Position numbers and translations under genes: made by a program. A model generated the notes under the pieces. The model saw only the letters and a list, made by a program, of their open reading frames with translations. It did not search any database and was not told the DNA's origin. Positions 28,444 to 36,844 of a stretch of 36,844 nt of DNA are shown piece by piece (the first letter of the stretch is position 1; each line of letters begins with the position of its first letter). The stretch lies in the IMG/VR virus record IMGVR_UViG_3300049801_000015; one strand, given 5' to 3'. The DNA is from a virus.

Positions 28444-30479
28444 GCACGCAGAAGAACCTCATTGAGATCCTCATCAACCTGATCGACAAGTCCGCGCCGG
28501 GCATGGCGCAGGCGTCGAAGCGGTTGAAGAACTTCGGTGAGGAGTCCGAGAAGCTCGGCAAGTCGATGATGAAGGCCGGTGGCATCGTGTCGGGTGCGAT
28601 GCTCGGCATGGTCAAGGTCGCCGCCAACGCTGGCGACGAGCTGCGGGATCTATCCATCCGCACGGGCGTCTCGATTGAAACCCTCTCCGGGCTCAAGTAC
28701 GCGGCGGAGCAGAGCGGGGCGGGTCTTCAGGACGTGGCAATCGGGATGCGCACGCTGGCCGGTAACCTCCAGAACGCGAGCGACAAGGGCGGTGACGCGG
28801 CCAAGGCGTTCGCCTCGATTGGCGTGGCGACTACCCAGCCGAACGGCCAGCTTCGCAAGCTCGATGACGTGTTGCTGGAAGTGGCGGACAGGCTCAAGGG
28901 CATGACCGACCGGACGCGGGCGGCGGCGCTGGCTCAGGATCTGTTTGGGCGTGGCGGGCAGGCGTTGCTCCCGATGCTGAACGAGGGCAGCGCGGGGATC
29001 AAGACCCTCACCGAGGAGGCCCGCAAGCTCGGCATCGTGTGGTCGATGCAGGATGCGAATGCCGCCGATGCGTTCAACGACTCGCTGAACCGGCTGAAGA
29101 ACTCCACCGTAGGGCTTGGCCGTGAACTCCTCACGACGCTTGGCCCAACGCTCACGGCGTTTGCCGACAAGGTGTCCACCGAAGTCCTGCCGAAGCTGCG
29201 GGCGTGGATCGACGAGAACCCCAAGCTGGCGCAGAGCGTGCTAGGCGTGTCGGTGGCCCTGCTTGGTGCGGGCGGATTGATTGTCGGTGTCGGGAAGCTG
29301 GCCCTTGGCCTGACCTCGATCATCAACCTCGCCCCCAAGGTCGTGTCGGCGTTCGCGGCGATGAAGGCCGCGGCGGTTGCGGCTGGCATCACCGGGCTCG
29401 GTAGCGCGTTCGGCGCGGCTGTGACCGTGGCTGCGCCCCTCGTGGCCGGTAGCGTTCTGGCCAATCAAAGCGTGGGCAAGGGCACTCGGAACTATGCGCT
29501 CTCGCCGGTTGGGGCAGAGGGCATCGGCCCGCTCATCATGAACGCGATCTTCGATCTGGCTCGGCGCTCTGCTGACAAGATCAAAGGCACGTCGCTCTCC
29601 GGGCTCGAATCGCTCCCGTCCTTCATGGGCATTGCCGGTCAGTACGTCACCGAGAAGGTGACGGCGGCGGGCGAGGCCGTGAAGCAGTGGGCCTCCGACC
29701 TCGAGCTCGCCGTCGGCAAGCTGGCGATCATCGGGGATCCTCAGCTCAAGGACTTCGGTCTGGAAGGGATCTTCGCGGGCGGGAAGTTCGACGAGGCGCT
29801 CGCCAAGATCGTCGAGAACGCCGACCCGTTCAAGCGCTCCACCGTCTCCGGCGCCGGTATGCAGGTCGGCCCCGAAGTCCCGTCACAGTACGAGTCCGAG
29901 TGGCGCAACCAGCAGAAGCGCGACGGGCGGGGCCAGCCCGCGGACTGGCAGACGCAGCTCACCGCCCGCATGACCGAGGCGAAGACCGGCATCCAGACGT
30001 GGCTCGACACGATTCAGGGCGCGGTGGAGAACGTAGGCAACCGGATCGGGAACGTCTTCGGCGACGCCTTCATGAGCGGGAAGCTCAGCCTCAAGGACTT
30101 CGGCTCAGCGTTCAAGGCGACAATGGCCGACGTGATCGCTCAGATCGTCGCTGCCAGCGTCAAGATGGCCGCGTTCAACCTCATCATCAAGTTGGCCGGT
30201 GGCGGCTCGCCCCTGAGCTTCTCTGACGCGCTCAAGGGCAACAGCGCGAGCGTGGACAAGAGCCTCATCAAAGATGTAGCGCGAGGCCCATCGCTGCGCC
30301 AGAACACCGACAGCACGACGGCGCTCAAGGCCGGCCTCGACAACCTGGCCAGCAAGTTCGACAACCTGGCGTCGGTGGTCGTGTCGATCCCTGGCGCTCC
30401 GGTGCTGATCGACGGGCGTGCAGCCGGTCGCACGCTGTATCCGTACATGGTCGAAGCCGCAGCGAGGGGGCAATCGTGA
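28440..30479 (+). CDS. Tail tape measure protein
   Basis: 679 aa. The N-terminal region (KLGKSMMKAGGIVSGAM..., LSIRTGVSIETLSGLKYAAEQSGAGLQDVAIGMRTLAGNL, DRTRAAALAQDLFGRGGQALLPML) is the conserved TMP domain pattern. A central Ala/Gly hydrophobic stretch follows. At about 1.5 Angstrom per residue the length implies a tail of about 100 nm. Confidence 0.9.
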   Translation: MSTQKNLIEILINLIDKSAPGMAQASKRLKNFGEESEKLGKSMMKAGGIVSGAMLGMVKVAANAGDELRDLSIRTGVSIETLSGLKYAAEQSGAGLQDVAIGMRTLAGNLQNASDKGGDAAKAFASIGVATTQPNGQLRKLDDVLLEVADRLKGMTDRTRAAALAQDLFGRGGQALLPMLNEGSAGIKTLTEEARKLGIVWSMQDANAADAFNDSLNRLKNSTVGLGRELLTTLGPTLTAFADKVSTEVLPKLRAWIDENPKLAQSVLGVSVALLGAGGLIVGVGKLALGLTSIINLAPKVVSAFAAMKAAAVAAGITGLGSAFGAAVTVAAPLVAGSVLANQSVGKGTRNYALSPVGAEGIGPLIMNAIFDLARRSADKIKGTSLSGLESLPSFMGIAGQYVTEKVTAAGEAVKQWASDLELAVGKLAIIGDPQLKDFGLEGIFAGGKFDEALAKIVENADPFKRSTVSGAGMQVGPEVPSQYESEWRNQQKRDGRGQPADWQTQLTARMTEAKTGIQTWLDTIQGAVENVGNRIGNVFGDAFMSGKLSLKDFGSAFKATMADVIAQIVAASVKMAAFNLIIKLAGGGSPLSFSDALKGNSASVDKSLIKDVARGPSLRQNTDSTTALKAGLDNLASKFDNLASVVVSIPGAPVLIDGRAAGRTLYPYMVEAAARGQS

Positions 30480-31294
30480 ACCACTGGCGCCTGATGCTGG
30501 CCCACCACGTCGCGCACCTCAACCCGACGCTGACCACGGGCACCGCCGTTGCCGGGTATCCGGTGGGGTCGATCCGCACGCTGAACCCGAACGAGCGCGG
30601 GCGCATCGTGGAGGCCACGAACCGCGTGGACCTCGACTGGAATCGCGGAGCATCGGCGGCCAAGAATCCGGTGGACTGCCTGCTCATGGTCGGAGCGAAG
30701 TACCAGCCTACGGCGGCGGTGCAAGTGCTGGACTCGACAGCGGTCGACTTCGGGGCCGGCACGTTCACGGAGCTCGTGGACGACGCGACGAACGTGCTCG
30801 ACTCCTATGTGCCGACGCTCCGATGCTTCACCGCGTTTGCTACATCGACTCTGCGATATTTGCGGTACAGCATCGTCTACGCTGGATCTGTCACGTTCGA
30901 GTTCGGGACCGTGTCGCTCGGCAAGCAGTATTCCCTCGGGACCGACCTGTACGCGGGCGCGTCGGAGTCCGCCGACACTCCTCCCATGGCTATCGGCTCG
31001 GGCGGGCAGATCATCTCTCGGTCGTTCGACACCGTGACCGACGCTGATGCTGCCGCGATGCTGGCCGCGTGGCGCGCCGACTCGATCATGACCACGGACA
31101 ACGCAACGCTTGACGGGTGGGGCCAGCGCTCCGGCCAGCGGTACGGGGTGCTGGCTAAGTTCGCATCCTCAACCGATCTCATCAGCAGCGCGTGCTACTA
31201 CGGCAACATCAACCTGACCGTCGAGCCGAAGTATGAAGGCAAGTCTCAGGTCAACGTCTCGGTGCGCTGTGTGCCGCTGGGCCCCCTCCATTGA
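30476..31294 (+). CDS. Minor tail protein (distal tail protein candidate)
   Basis: 272 aa. GTGA-coupled to the TMP. Its position and size are typical for Dit. No motif recognised. Confidence 0.45.
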   Translation: MNHWRLMLAHHVAHLNPTLTTGTAVAGYPVGSIRTLNPNERGRIVEATNRVDLDWNRGASAAKNPVDCLLMVGAKYQPTAAVQVLDSTAVDFGAGTFTELVDDATNVLDSYVPTLRCFTAFATSTLRYLRYSIVYAGSVTFEFGTVSLGKQYSLGTDLYAGASESADTPPMAIGSGGQIISRSFDTVTDADAAAMLAAWRADSIMTTDNATLDGWGQRSGQRYGVLAKFASSTDLISSACYYGNINLTVEPKYEGKSQVNVSVRCVPLGPLH

Positions 31295-32943
31295 GCAACT
31301 ACGCTTCCGCCAAGGCGGCGAGCGAGGTCGCGGGCGGTCACTACCGCATCGGCGCGACGATCACGCCGCTTGACCCCGACTCGCACGCGCCTACGAACGT
31401 GACGCTGCGCGGACCCGGCTCGAATGTGCTGGCGGTGACTGACGGCGAGGCGTGGCCGTACGACTCGTCCGACGTGAAGTTCTGGTTCGAGCCGCTTGTG
31501 GAGTCGTTCGGGGACATCTCCTGCGCGGCACAGATCCACGAGGCGTTCCCGACGCTCGCCGATCCGCGCTTGGTCCTGAAGGACGTTCGCATCAACGGCA
31601 TCCTCGACAACGGGCAACTGACCTTTGCGAGCGGTAGCCCGGCAGAGTCGCCCGCGCTGACCGGCGACGAAGTGCGGCTCTCGCAGTTGCTTCAATACTA
31701 CGTCTGGCAGGGCGCGGCGGTGGAGTACAAGGTCTACTACTTCGCAGGCACGACGGACGATCCGACAACCTACAAGACCCAGACGATCTTCAAGGGGATC
31801 GTGCAGTCGGTGGACCTGCCTCAAGGCCAGATCGTGTTCAACCTGACGCAGCCCACCAAGGCCGAGGACACGCTGATACCTCGCCGCAAGGTAACAGATC
31901 CACCGGACCCCAATGCGAAGGGCCAGTTCATTCCGCTCGTGTACGGGCAATTCAAGCCGGCCGCAGCTCCGGCTGGACTGTCGTGGTCCGATGCGGCAGT
32001 TGCAGGATTCCATCCGGCCCTTGCTCCGGTGATTTCACAGGCGCGATTGACATCCTATCTGTACCTGGCCACCAACGACTGCTACGGAGTTAACACTGGC
32101 TGGCTTGGTCAAGATCCGTTCGCGTCCAACCTAGCGTCCGATGCCGCCGATGGACTTGTCATGTATTACCCCGAGGCGGATGCGTGGGGGATCATTGAGG
32201 AGGGAAGCGGCGACGGCGACAGCGCGATCTACAGTGACGAGGTGGCGCTAGGAGACTCGTTCGGCATTACCGTCAAGGTCAACCAGTACCAGACCGCCCT
32301 CGTGTATGTCCCGTGCAACGGTATCTTCACCGATGCCGACTCGATTGTTGACAACCCGGCGGCGCTTCTTGCGCGTGATCCGTTCCAGTACGCCAATGTC
32401 ACCTGCGACGACGGGGCACTGAACAAGGTCGTCCAGTTCACCATCTCGCCTATCTCGATCATGGGCGAGATCCCGCTAGAGACTGACTGCATCGGCGCAT
32501 ATCTGGTCATTGGTGCCCGTGCGGCATTTGTTGGAACTCCCGGCGTGCGCTTTGGGATCTACTCGATTCCTTCCGCCGACTGGGTCGGGTACTACGACGG
32601 CGCCGTCTATGGTGTCATGTCCGCTACCGACCTCAGAACGGCGAACCTATACACGCAGAAGTCCAAGAACAGCGTCGCCGTCCCGACAACCGCTTACGTA
32701 CAGGCCAGCGGAGCCCAACAGCCTATCATGCGGATGGACTGGCGCTATGTGAAGAACGCAAGCGGCGGTCCAGAGGGCGAGTGCGTGGTGCGCGTTCTCA
32801 TCAGTGCGGCTGGCGGGTCCGGCGACACGTTCAAGCTGATTGCGTGCGGTGCTGTGTGCAAGGTGAAGCTGAAGACTGGCGGGGCGGTCATCACCAAAAC
32901 GAGCCCGGTGGTAGACATCACTGGGCGGATCGTGAGGCGATGA
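31291..32943 (+). CDS. Minor tail / baseplate hub-like protein
   Basis: 550 aa. TTGA-coupled start. It is the second gene after the TMP. The call is positional only. Confidence 0.45.
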   Translation: MSNYASAKAASEVAGGHYRIGATITPLDPDSHAPTNVTLRGPGSNVLAVTDGEAWPYDSSDVKFWFEPLVESFGDISCAAQIHEAFPTLADPRLVLKDVRINGILDNGQLTFASGSPAESPALTGDEVRLSQLLQYYVWQGAAVEYKVYYFAGTTDDPTTYKTQTIFKGIVQSVDLPQGQIVFNLTQPTKAEDTLIPRRKVTDPPDPNAKGQFIPLVYGQFKPAAAPAGLSWSDAAVAGFHPALAPVISQARLTSYLYLATNDCYGVNTGWLGQDPFASNLASDAADGLVMYYPEADAWGIIEEGSGDGDSAIYSDEVALGDSFGITVKVNQYQTALVYVPCNGIFTDADSIVDNPAALLARDPFQYANVTCDDGALNKVVQFTISPISIMGEIPLETDCIGAYLVIGARAAFVGTPGVRFGIYSIPSADWVGYYDGAVYGVMSATDLRTANLYTQKSKNSVAVPTTAYVQASGAQQPIMRMDWRYVKNASGGPEGECVVRVLISAAGGSGDTFKLIACGAVCKVKLKTGGAVITKTSPVVDITGRIVRR

Positions 32944-34229
32944 TGCTTCCACCGGCATGGATGCTCAAGCCCAACCCCGGCCTTGGCCCCGCGTGGCTCT
33001 GGGCCTATGCGATCGGCACTTCGTTCAACGTGGCGAAGGGGCTCTTTGGCCCGCAGTCGCCCGTCATGTATCCCCGCGTCTCGCGCCCCGGCGCCTACCC
33101 CACATTTCAGCGCATCGGCACAACGTCCGCGCTCACACCGTACTTCGTCCAGAACTACATGAACGCGCTCAAGTGGTCGCTGGACAACGACGCCGGGGAC
33201 GTGAGCGGATCGCATGACATTAACATGGTCAACAACGCCCACATCGCAAGCCACTTATTGCACAAGTGGGGCACCGGCGTTGCGGCAACGGACATACTCT
33301 CCGCATCCAGCCAGTTCGGCAGCATCATCGACGCGCACAGCGCGCTTGACAGTTGGGCTCTGGACATCAATAACACCAACGAGTGGCGATCCAATCTAAT
33401 CGTCACCGACGAAACGCCGATCAAGAACGTCATCGCCAATCTGTGCAGTCAGGCGCCGATGTTCGTAGCAAAACTGCCTGAGGGTGGCATATATGCCGGG
33501 GTCTATCCCGAGGCGGCAGCAGACGCGGACCACAACTACTACAAGGACAGCGACGGCAACCGCGTCAAGATCCATCCCAACTCGATGCACCCCGGCGCGG
33601 CTGACTTAGGCAAGCCGTACGCGGTGTCAGGATTCCAGGCCGCGTTCACGCCAGACGACGAAATCTTTAACCGCTTCACGGTCAAATACAGGCGCTTTCT
33701 CCCGACCGGATCGCTTGAATCCTCGCAGATTGTCACGGAGACGGACGGCGACTGCAAGTTGTGGTACAGCGGGCTCGGCGACGAAGATCCGCCAAGCGGT
33801 GACGCGACCGATCTAGCCGGAGACATCACCGACAATCTGGCGACGGTATGCGCGTCGTCTCAGGCGCGCTACGGCGTGCGTAAGATGCCGGACATAAATC
33901 TCGACTTGGTGTACGAGCACGTTGTGGCTACCGCGTTCCTGTTCTACTTGGTCAAGCGCTACACCAACCCGCGCATCGTGTTCTCGTGTCAGGGCGGCAT
34001 CGAGTTCTCGGACTTGAGGCCCGGTCACATCATCCAGGTGTCCAACGACATGAACTACGAGGCGACCCGACCGGACTACATCAATCAGCCCGCGAAGCTG
34101 GCCGGGTGGAACACGACGGGGGCGACGGGGGTTGCCGACTACCTTGTGAACCGAGTGCGCCTGCTACCGGCGAGCGGTGCATTCGGGGTTGAGTTCAGCG
34201 CCGAGCAGATCATCTATACACCATGCTAG
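32940..34229 (+). CDS. Tail fibre / host-recognition protein candidate
   Basis: 429 aa from the ATGA-coupled ATG 32940. It is the third gene after the TMP. The call is positional only. Confidence 0.4.
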   Translation: MMLPPAWMLKPNPGLGPAWLWAYAIGTSFNVAKGLFGPQSPVMYPRVSRPGAYPTFQRIGTTSALTPYFVQNYMNALKWSLDNDAGDVSGSHDINMVNNAHIASHLLHKWGTGVAATDILSASSQFGSIIDAHSALDSWALDINNTNEWRSNLIVTDETPIKNVIANLCSQAPMFVAKLPEGGIYAGVYPEAAADADHNYYKDSDGNRVKIHPNSMHPGAADLGKPYAVSGFQAAFTPDDEIFNRFTVKYRRFLPTGSLESSQIVTETDGDCKLWYSGLGDEDPPSGDATDLAGDITDNLATVCASSQARYGVRKMPDINLDLVYEHVVATAFLFYLVKRYTNPRIVFSCQGGIEFSDLRPGHIIQVSNDMNYEATRPDYINQPAKLAGWNTTGATGVADYLVNRVRLLPASGAFGVEFSAEQIIYTPC

Positions 34230-34246
34230 AGAAAGGACACGCCACG

Positions 34247-34735
34247 ATGAGACTCAATCGGTGGGCGCTCGGTCTTGGGATCGTGGCGCTCCTGTTCGCC
34301 CTTCCGGCTTCCGCGCAGATGTGGGACGCGAAGCTCTACTCGCCGCATTCGGTGGCGGCGTATGACACGTCGCTGACCGTCACTTCTTCCACGCTCGACA
34401 CCCTCGCCCTTGGCGGGGTTGCCGCTCAGTGGACGATTTGGTCCACTAGCGCGAGCGCGACCGTGACCTACGTGGGGTGCATCCCGGCGACGGTGGCGAG
34501 CAATCCCAAGCTCCGCGCCGTTCCCGGCTACGGCCATTTCCTCGTCGGCGGCGGGAAGATCGGCACGACCACCTCCGACGGCTCGCGCTACTGGGCGCAG
34601 GCGTTCCCGTGCGCGAAGTGGGACACGCTGCTCGGCGGCGAGGTCCATTCGTGGGAAGACCCCGTGACTCACATCCTCGTGGACGGCGGCGGGAACGGCA
34701 CGGTCTACGTCCACGCACTCGTCCGCAGACGATAA
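34247..34735 (+). CDS. Secreted protein (signal peptide), function unknown
   Basis: MRLNRWALGLGIVALLFALPASA-QMW is a canonical Sec signal with an ASA site. The mature part is about 140 aa and beta-rich. An upstream in-frame ATG at 34223 is an alternative start. Confidence 0.6.
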   Translation: MRLNRWALGLGIVALLFALPASAQMWDAKLYSPHSVAAYDTSLTVTSSTLDTLALGGVAAQWTIWSTSASATVTYVGCIPATVASNPKLRAVPGYGHFLVGGGKIGTTTSDGSRYWAQAFPCAKWDTLLGGEVHSWEDPVTHILVDGGGNGTVYVHALVRRR

Positions 34736-34747
34736 GGGGGCGGCTCA

Positions 34748-35587
34748 ATGCGAATCATGAAATGGATCATGGTGCTGGCGTTGCTGTGCATCGCCTCGCC
34801 GTCGTTCGCGGGAACCGAGACATGGCCCGAGGGCACGGTGACAGTGACATTCCAACAGGGCGCGTCGGGGTTCACGGGTTGGGACGACACCTACTTGACC
34901 GAGGCGACCCCGACAACGGCGAACGGTGGCAACGCCAACGCGGTCAAGCTGTGGGTGAGCGCCTCGGTCGGCTCGCGACTTCACCCCTTGCTCAAGTGCA
35001 ACATCTCTAGCATCCCGGCGACGGCTGGAATTCTCGATGCGACGCTGACGCTGACGCACAGCGCTGCCACCACCACATCGGACGCACGGTTCCCACTATT
35101 CCTGTATCGACTCATGAAAGACTGGGGCGACAGCACGGCTACATGGGACACGACGGGCAAGGCGATAGATTGGTCGGTGAGCGGCGGGGACTCTGCGGCC
35201 TCCGATTGGTTCAACGGCGCGGGACTCGACACGATGCTATCGAGCGCACTCTATGATCGCGGCGCGAAACCCAAGAGCGCAATCTGCTACATGGGCAACG
35301 CGGCATCTGGCAATACCGTCACATTCAACGTGACCGAGGCTGTGAGGCGCATCCATGCCGGGTTGTGGACAAACTACGGATGGGAATTGCAGACCGAGTA
35401 CACGGCAAACCCGGACTTTTGGTTGTCGGCGATATACAAGTTCCACTCCTCCGAGGCCGCAACCGCCGGCAACCGCCCGCTGCTCACGGTCCACTACCTG
35501 CCCCGTGCGGCGGTGACCGACACCGTGACGGTCTCCACCGGCACAGGGAGGGTCCGCGTCGGCCCCGGACGGGTGGGACCGCAGTAG
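34748..35587 (+). CDS. Secreted DNRLRE-domain (carbohydrate-binding-like) protein
   Basis: 279 aa. The signal peptide is MRIMKWIMVLALLCIASPSFA-GTE. WDDTYLTEATPTTANGGNANAVKLWV...RLHPLLKCNISSIPATAGILDATLTL...LMKDWGDSTATW...FHSSEAATAGNRPLLTVHY follows the DNRLRE-domain pattern (D-Y, N-G, L-FD-S-IP, A-L-L, W-E--TW, F-SrE-----P-L-V). Confidence 0.65.
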   Translation: MRIMKWIMVLALLCIASPSFAGTETWPEGTVTVTFQQGASGFTGWDDTYLTEATPTTANGGNANAVKLWVSASVGSRLHPLLKCNISSIPATAGILDATLTLTHSAATTTSDARFPLFLYRLMKDWGDSTATWDTTGKAIDWSVSGGDSAASDWFNGAGLDTMLSSALYDRGAKPKSAICYMGNAASGNTVTFNVTEAVRRIHAGLWTNYGWELQTEYTANPDFWLSAIYKFHSSEAATAGNRPLLTVHYLPRAAVTDTVTVSTGTGRVRVGPGRVGPQ

Positions 35588-36745
35588 ATGCGCCTGCGTA
35601 CTCTCGCCCTTGCCTTGCTGTGCCTCGCCCTGACGGGTGGAGTGCGCACCAATCCCGCCGCCACGATCACGAGCGGGTTCAACGTCTACTACATCTCCGA
35701 CCTTCACGCGGCTACGGCGCTAGGCGGGGGCGAGAATGGACGCCTCCGCTTGTCCAAGCTCGTGACGGAGATCAATGCGGACCCGAACGCGGCGGCGCTC
35801 ATCGTCGGCGGCGACTTCACATGGGAGAGCGCCGACAGCGCCCAACACGCGCTTGAAATCTGGGCGCTGGAGCTGTTCCGCGATTCGCTCGGCGTGGACT
35901 GCCTGCCGGAAGTCGGCAACCACGAAGTCCGCGTGTTGGCCGTGACCGATTCGGCCTCGCGCTACAACGACTGGGCGGCCGGTTGGGGCGCGTTCTTCCG
36001 GCCCTACGCCTCGCAGGCCGATCAAGGCAGCACATGGTACACGCACCGGGTCCGCCTGGGTGGCGTGCCGACAAACGTGCTGTTCATGGCGCTCAACAAC
36101 ATCGCCGCCGATTCCGTTGACGGATACCGCGCCTATTGGGAGAACAACGGCGTCGGCGGGGTGAACTCCGACGACTACCCCGGCATCCTTGACGCGGCAT
36201 CGGTACAGCGCACCGACTTGGCCGAGCTTCTCGCGCGGGTTGGCTCTACCGAATGGGCGATCATCGGGCAGCACCGGGCGTTGGAAACCGGGGTGGACAC
36301 GACCGGGGCAATGGAATCGAGCGCACGGACCCCGATCACCGCCGCGCTCTCTGCCGGCGGCTACGTCGCGCAGATCGACAGCGCCTTGACCGGCAAATGG
36401 ATCGCGCTCCAGTCGGACATGCACGAAACGCTGGCCCTCACCCGCGCGCAGCACTACATCTTCGCAAGCTCCGCTGCGCTTCGGGCAAAGTACCAGCCGA
36501 GCATCGTGGCGTTTGGGGATTCGGCGAAGTGGTTCGCCTACTACGATACCTTGCAGACTTCCACCGGAGACGGCGAGGCGTTGCTTGGCGATACGTGCGC
36601 CGACTGCTACACGCTGGCGTCGCCCATCGTCACCTTCTGCACCAAGATCACGTTTCTTTCAGCGTCAACGGCGCGGGCGTACTTGCTCGCCATCCGCAAC
36701 GGGTCCGCAACGGCGACCCTCGATTCTCTTGACCTCGCACGGTAG
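35588..36745 (+). CDS. Exported calcineurin-like metallophosphoesterase
   Basis: 385 aa. The hydrophobic N-terminus MRLRTLALALLCLALTGG is followed by YYISDLH (DxH), VGGDFTW (GDxx), EVGNHEV (GNHE), IIGQHRAL and QSDMHET. The 3' end lies in the terminal repeat. Confidence 0.65.
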   Translation: MRLRTLALALLCLALTGGVRTNPAATITSGFNVYYISDLHAATALGGGENGRLRLSKLVTEINADPNAAALIVGGDFTWESADSAQHALEIWALELFRDSLGVDCLPEVGNHEVRVLAVTDSASRYNDWAAGWGAFFRPYASQADQGSTWYTHRVRLGGVPTNVLFMALNNIAADSVDGYRAYWENNGVGGVNSDDYPGILDAASVQRTDLAELLARVGSTEWAIIGQHRALETGVDTTGAMESSARTPITAALSAGGYVAQIDSALTGKWIALQSDMHETLALTRAQHYIFASSAALRAKYQPSIVAFGDSAKWFAYYDTLQTSTGDGEALLGDTCADCYTLASPIVTFCTKITFLSASTARAYLLAIRNGSATATLDSLDLAR

Positions 36746-36844
36746 AACGGGGAAGGCATGACACCGGAAAGCCGCAACAACGCTAGGGAGTGGCTCATCA
36801 TCATGGGGCTTGCCGTATCCGTTGGCCTAAGCGTGTTCGCGTCC
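36722..36844. repeat. Direct terminal repeat, right copy (identical to 1..123)
   Basis: Exact 123-nt identity with the first 123 bases of the window. Confidence 0.95.
36758..36844 (+). CDS. Truncated duplicate of the 5' end of CDS 37..264 (terminal-repeat artefact)
   Basis: Identical to 37-123 and runs off the window end. Confidence 0.5.
   Translation, partial: MTPESRNNAREWLIIMGLAVSVGLSVFAS

Noticed and set aside
1-36844. Search for lysogeny functions: an integrase, an excisionase, partition genes or a divergent repressor.
   Set aside because: No ORF shows tyrosine- or serine-recombinase motifs or ParA/ParB features, and every credible gene is on one strand. The XRE-type regulator alone is not enough to call the phage temperate, so lifestyle is left open.

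Overview
The window is one complete tailed-phage genome, high in GC. Bases 1-123 are repeated exactly at 36722-36844, so the unit length is 36,721 bp (circular, circularly permuted or terminally redundant). All credible genes are on the + strand, and at least 30 gene junctions are 4-nt overlaps (ATGA, GTGA or TTGA). The long minus-strand ORFs look like antisense artefacts of the high GC content.

Gene order:
- Lysis cassette, 37-1835: a TM/coiled-coil protein, a T4-type GH24 lysozyme, a permuted NlpC/P60-like amidase, a 26-aa micro-ORF and a 3-TM holin-like protein.
- Accessory block, 1865-4156: a small Cys/His protein, a cytoplasmic metallophosphoesterase, a SprT-like HExxH protein and an HNH endonuclease with atypical codon usage.
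- AT-rich control region, 4157-4383.
- Early block, 4384-8923: an XRE-type HTH regulator, small unknown proteins, three tiny membrane proteins, a multi-zinc-ribbon protein, a RecB-family exonuclease plus RecT, a winged-helix protein and a Mom-like GNAT-fold protein.
- Replication block, 8926-12559: a promoter and inverted repeat, a replisome organizer carrying internal 11-bp iterons, a G39P-like helicase loader, small proteins and RusA.
- A structured spacer, then a block of paralogous small genes, 12702-16874.
- Packaging, head and tail genes, 17320-34229: TerS, TerL, a portal fused to a MuF domain, an HK97-type prohead protease and capsid, connectors, tail tube, G/T chaperone, tape measure and distal tail proteins. 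This is a siphovirus layout.
- Three consecutive signal-peptide proteins, 34247-36745, including a DNRLRE-domain protein and an exported metallophosphoesterase. They abut the lysis cassette across the genome junction.

I found no integrase, tRNA or CRISPR array. All functional calls rest on motifs read by eye. No database search was run.
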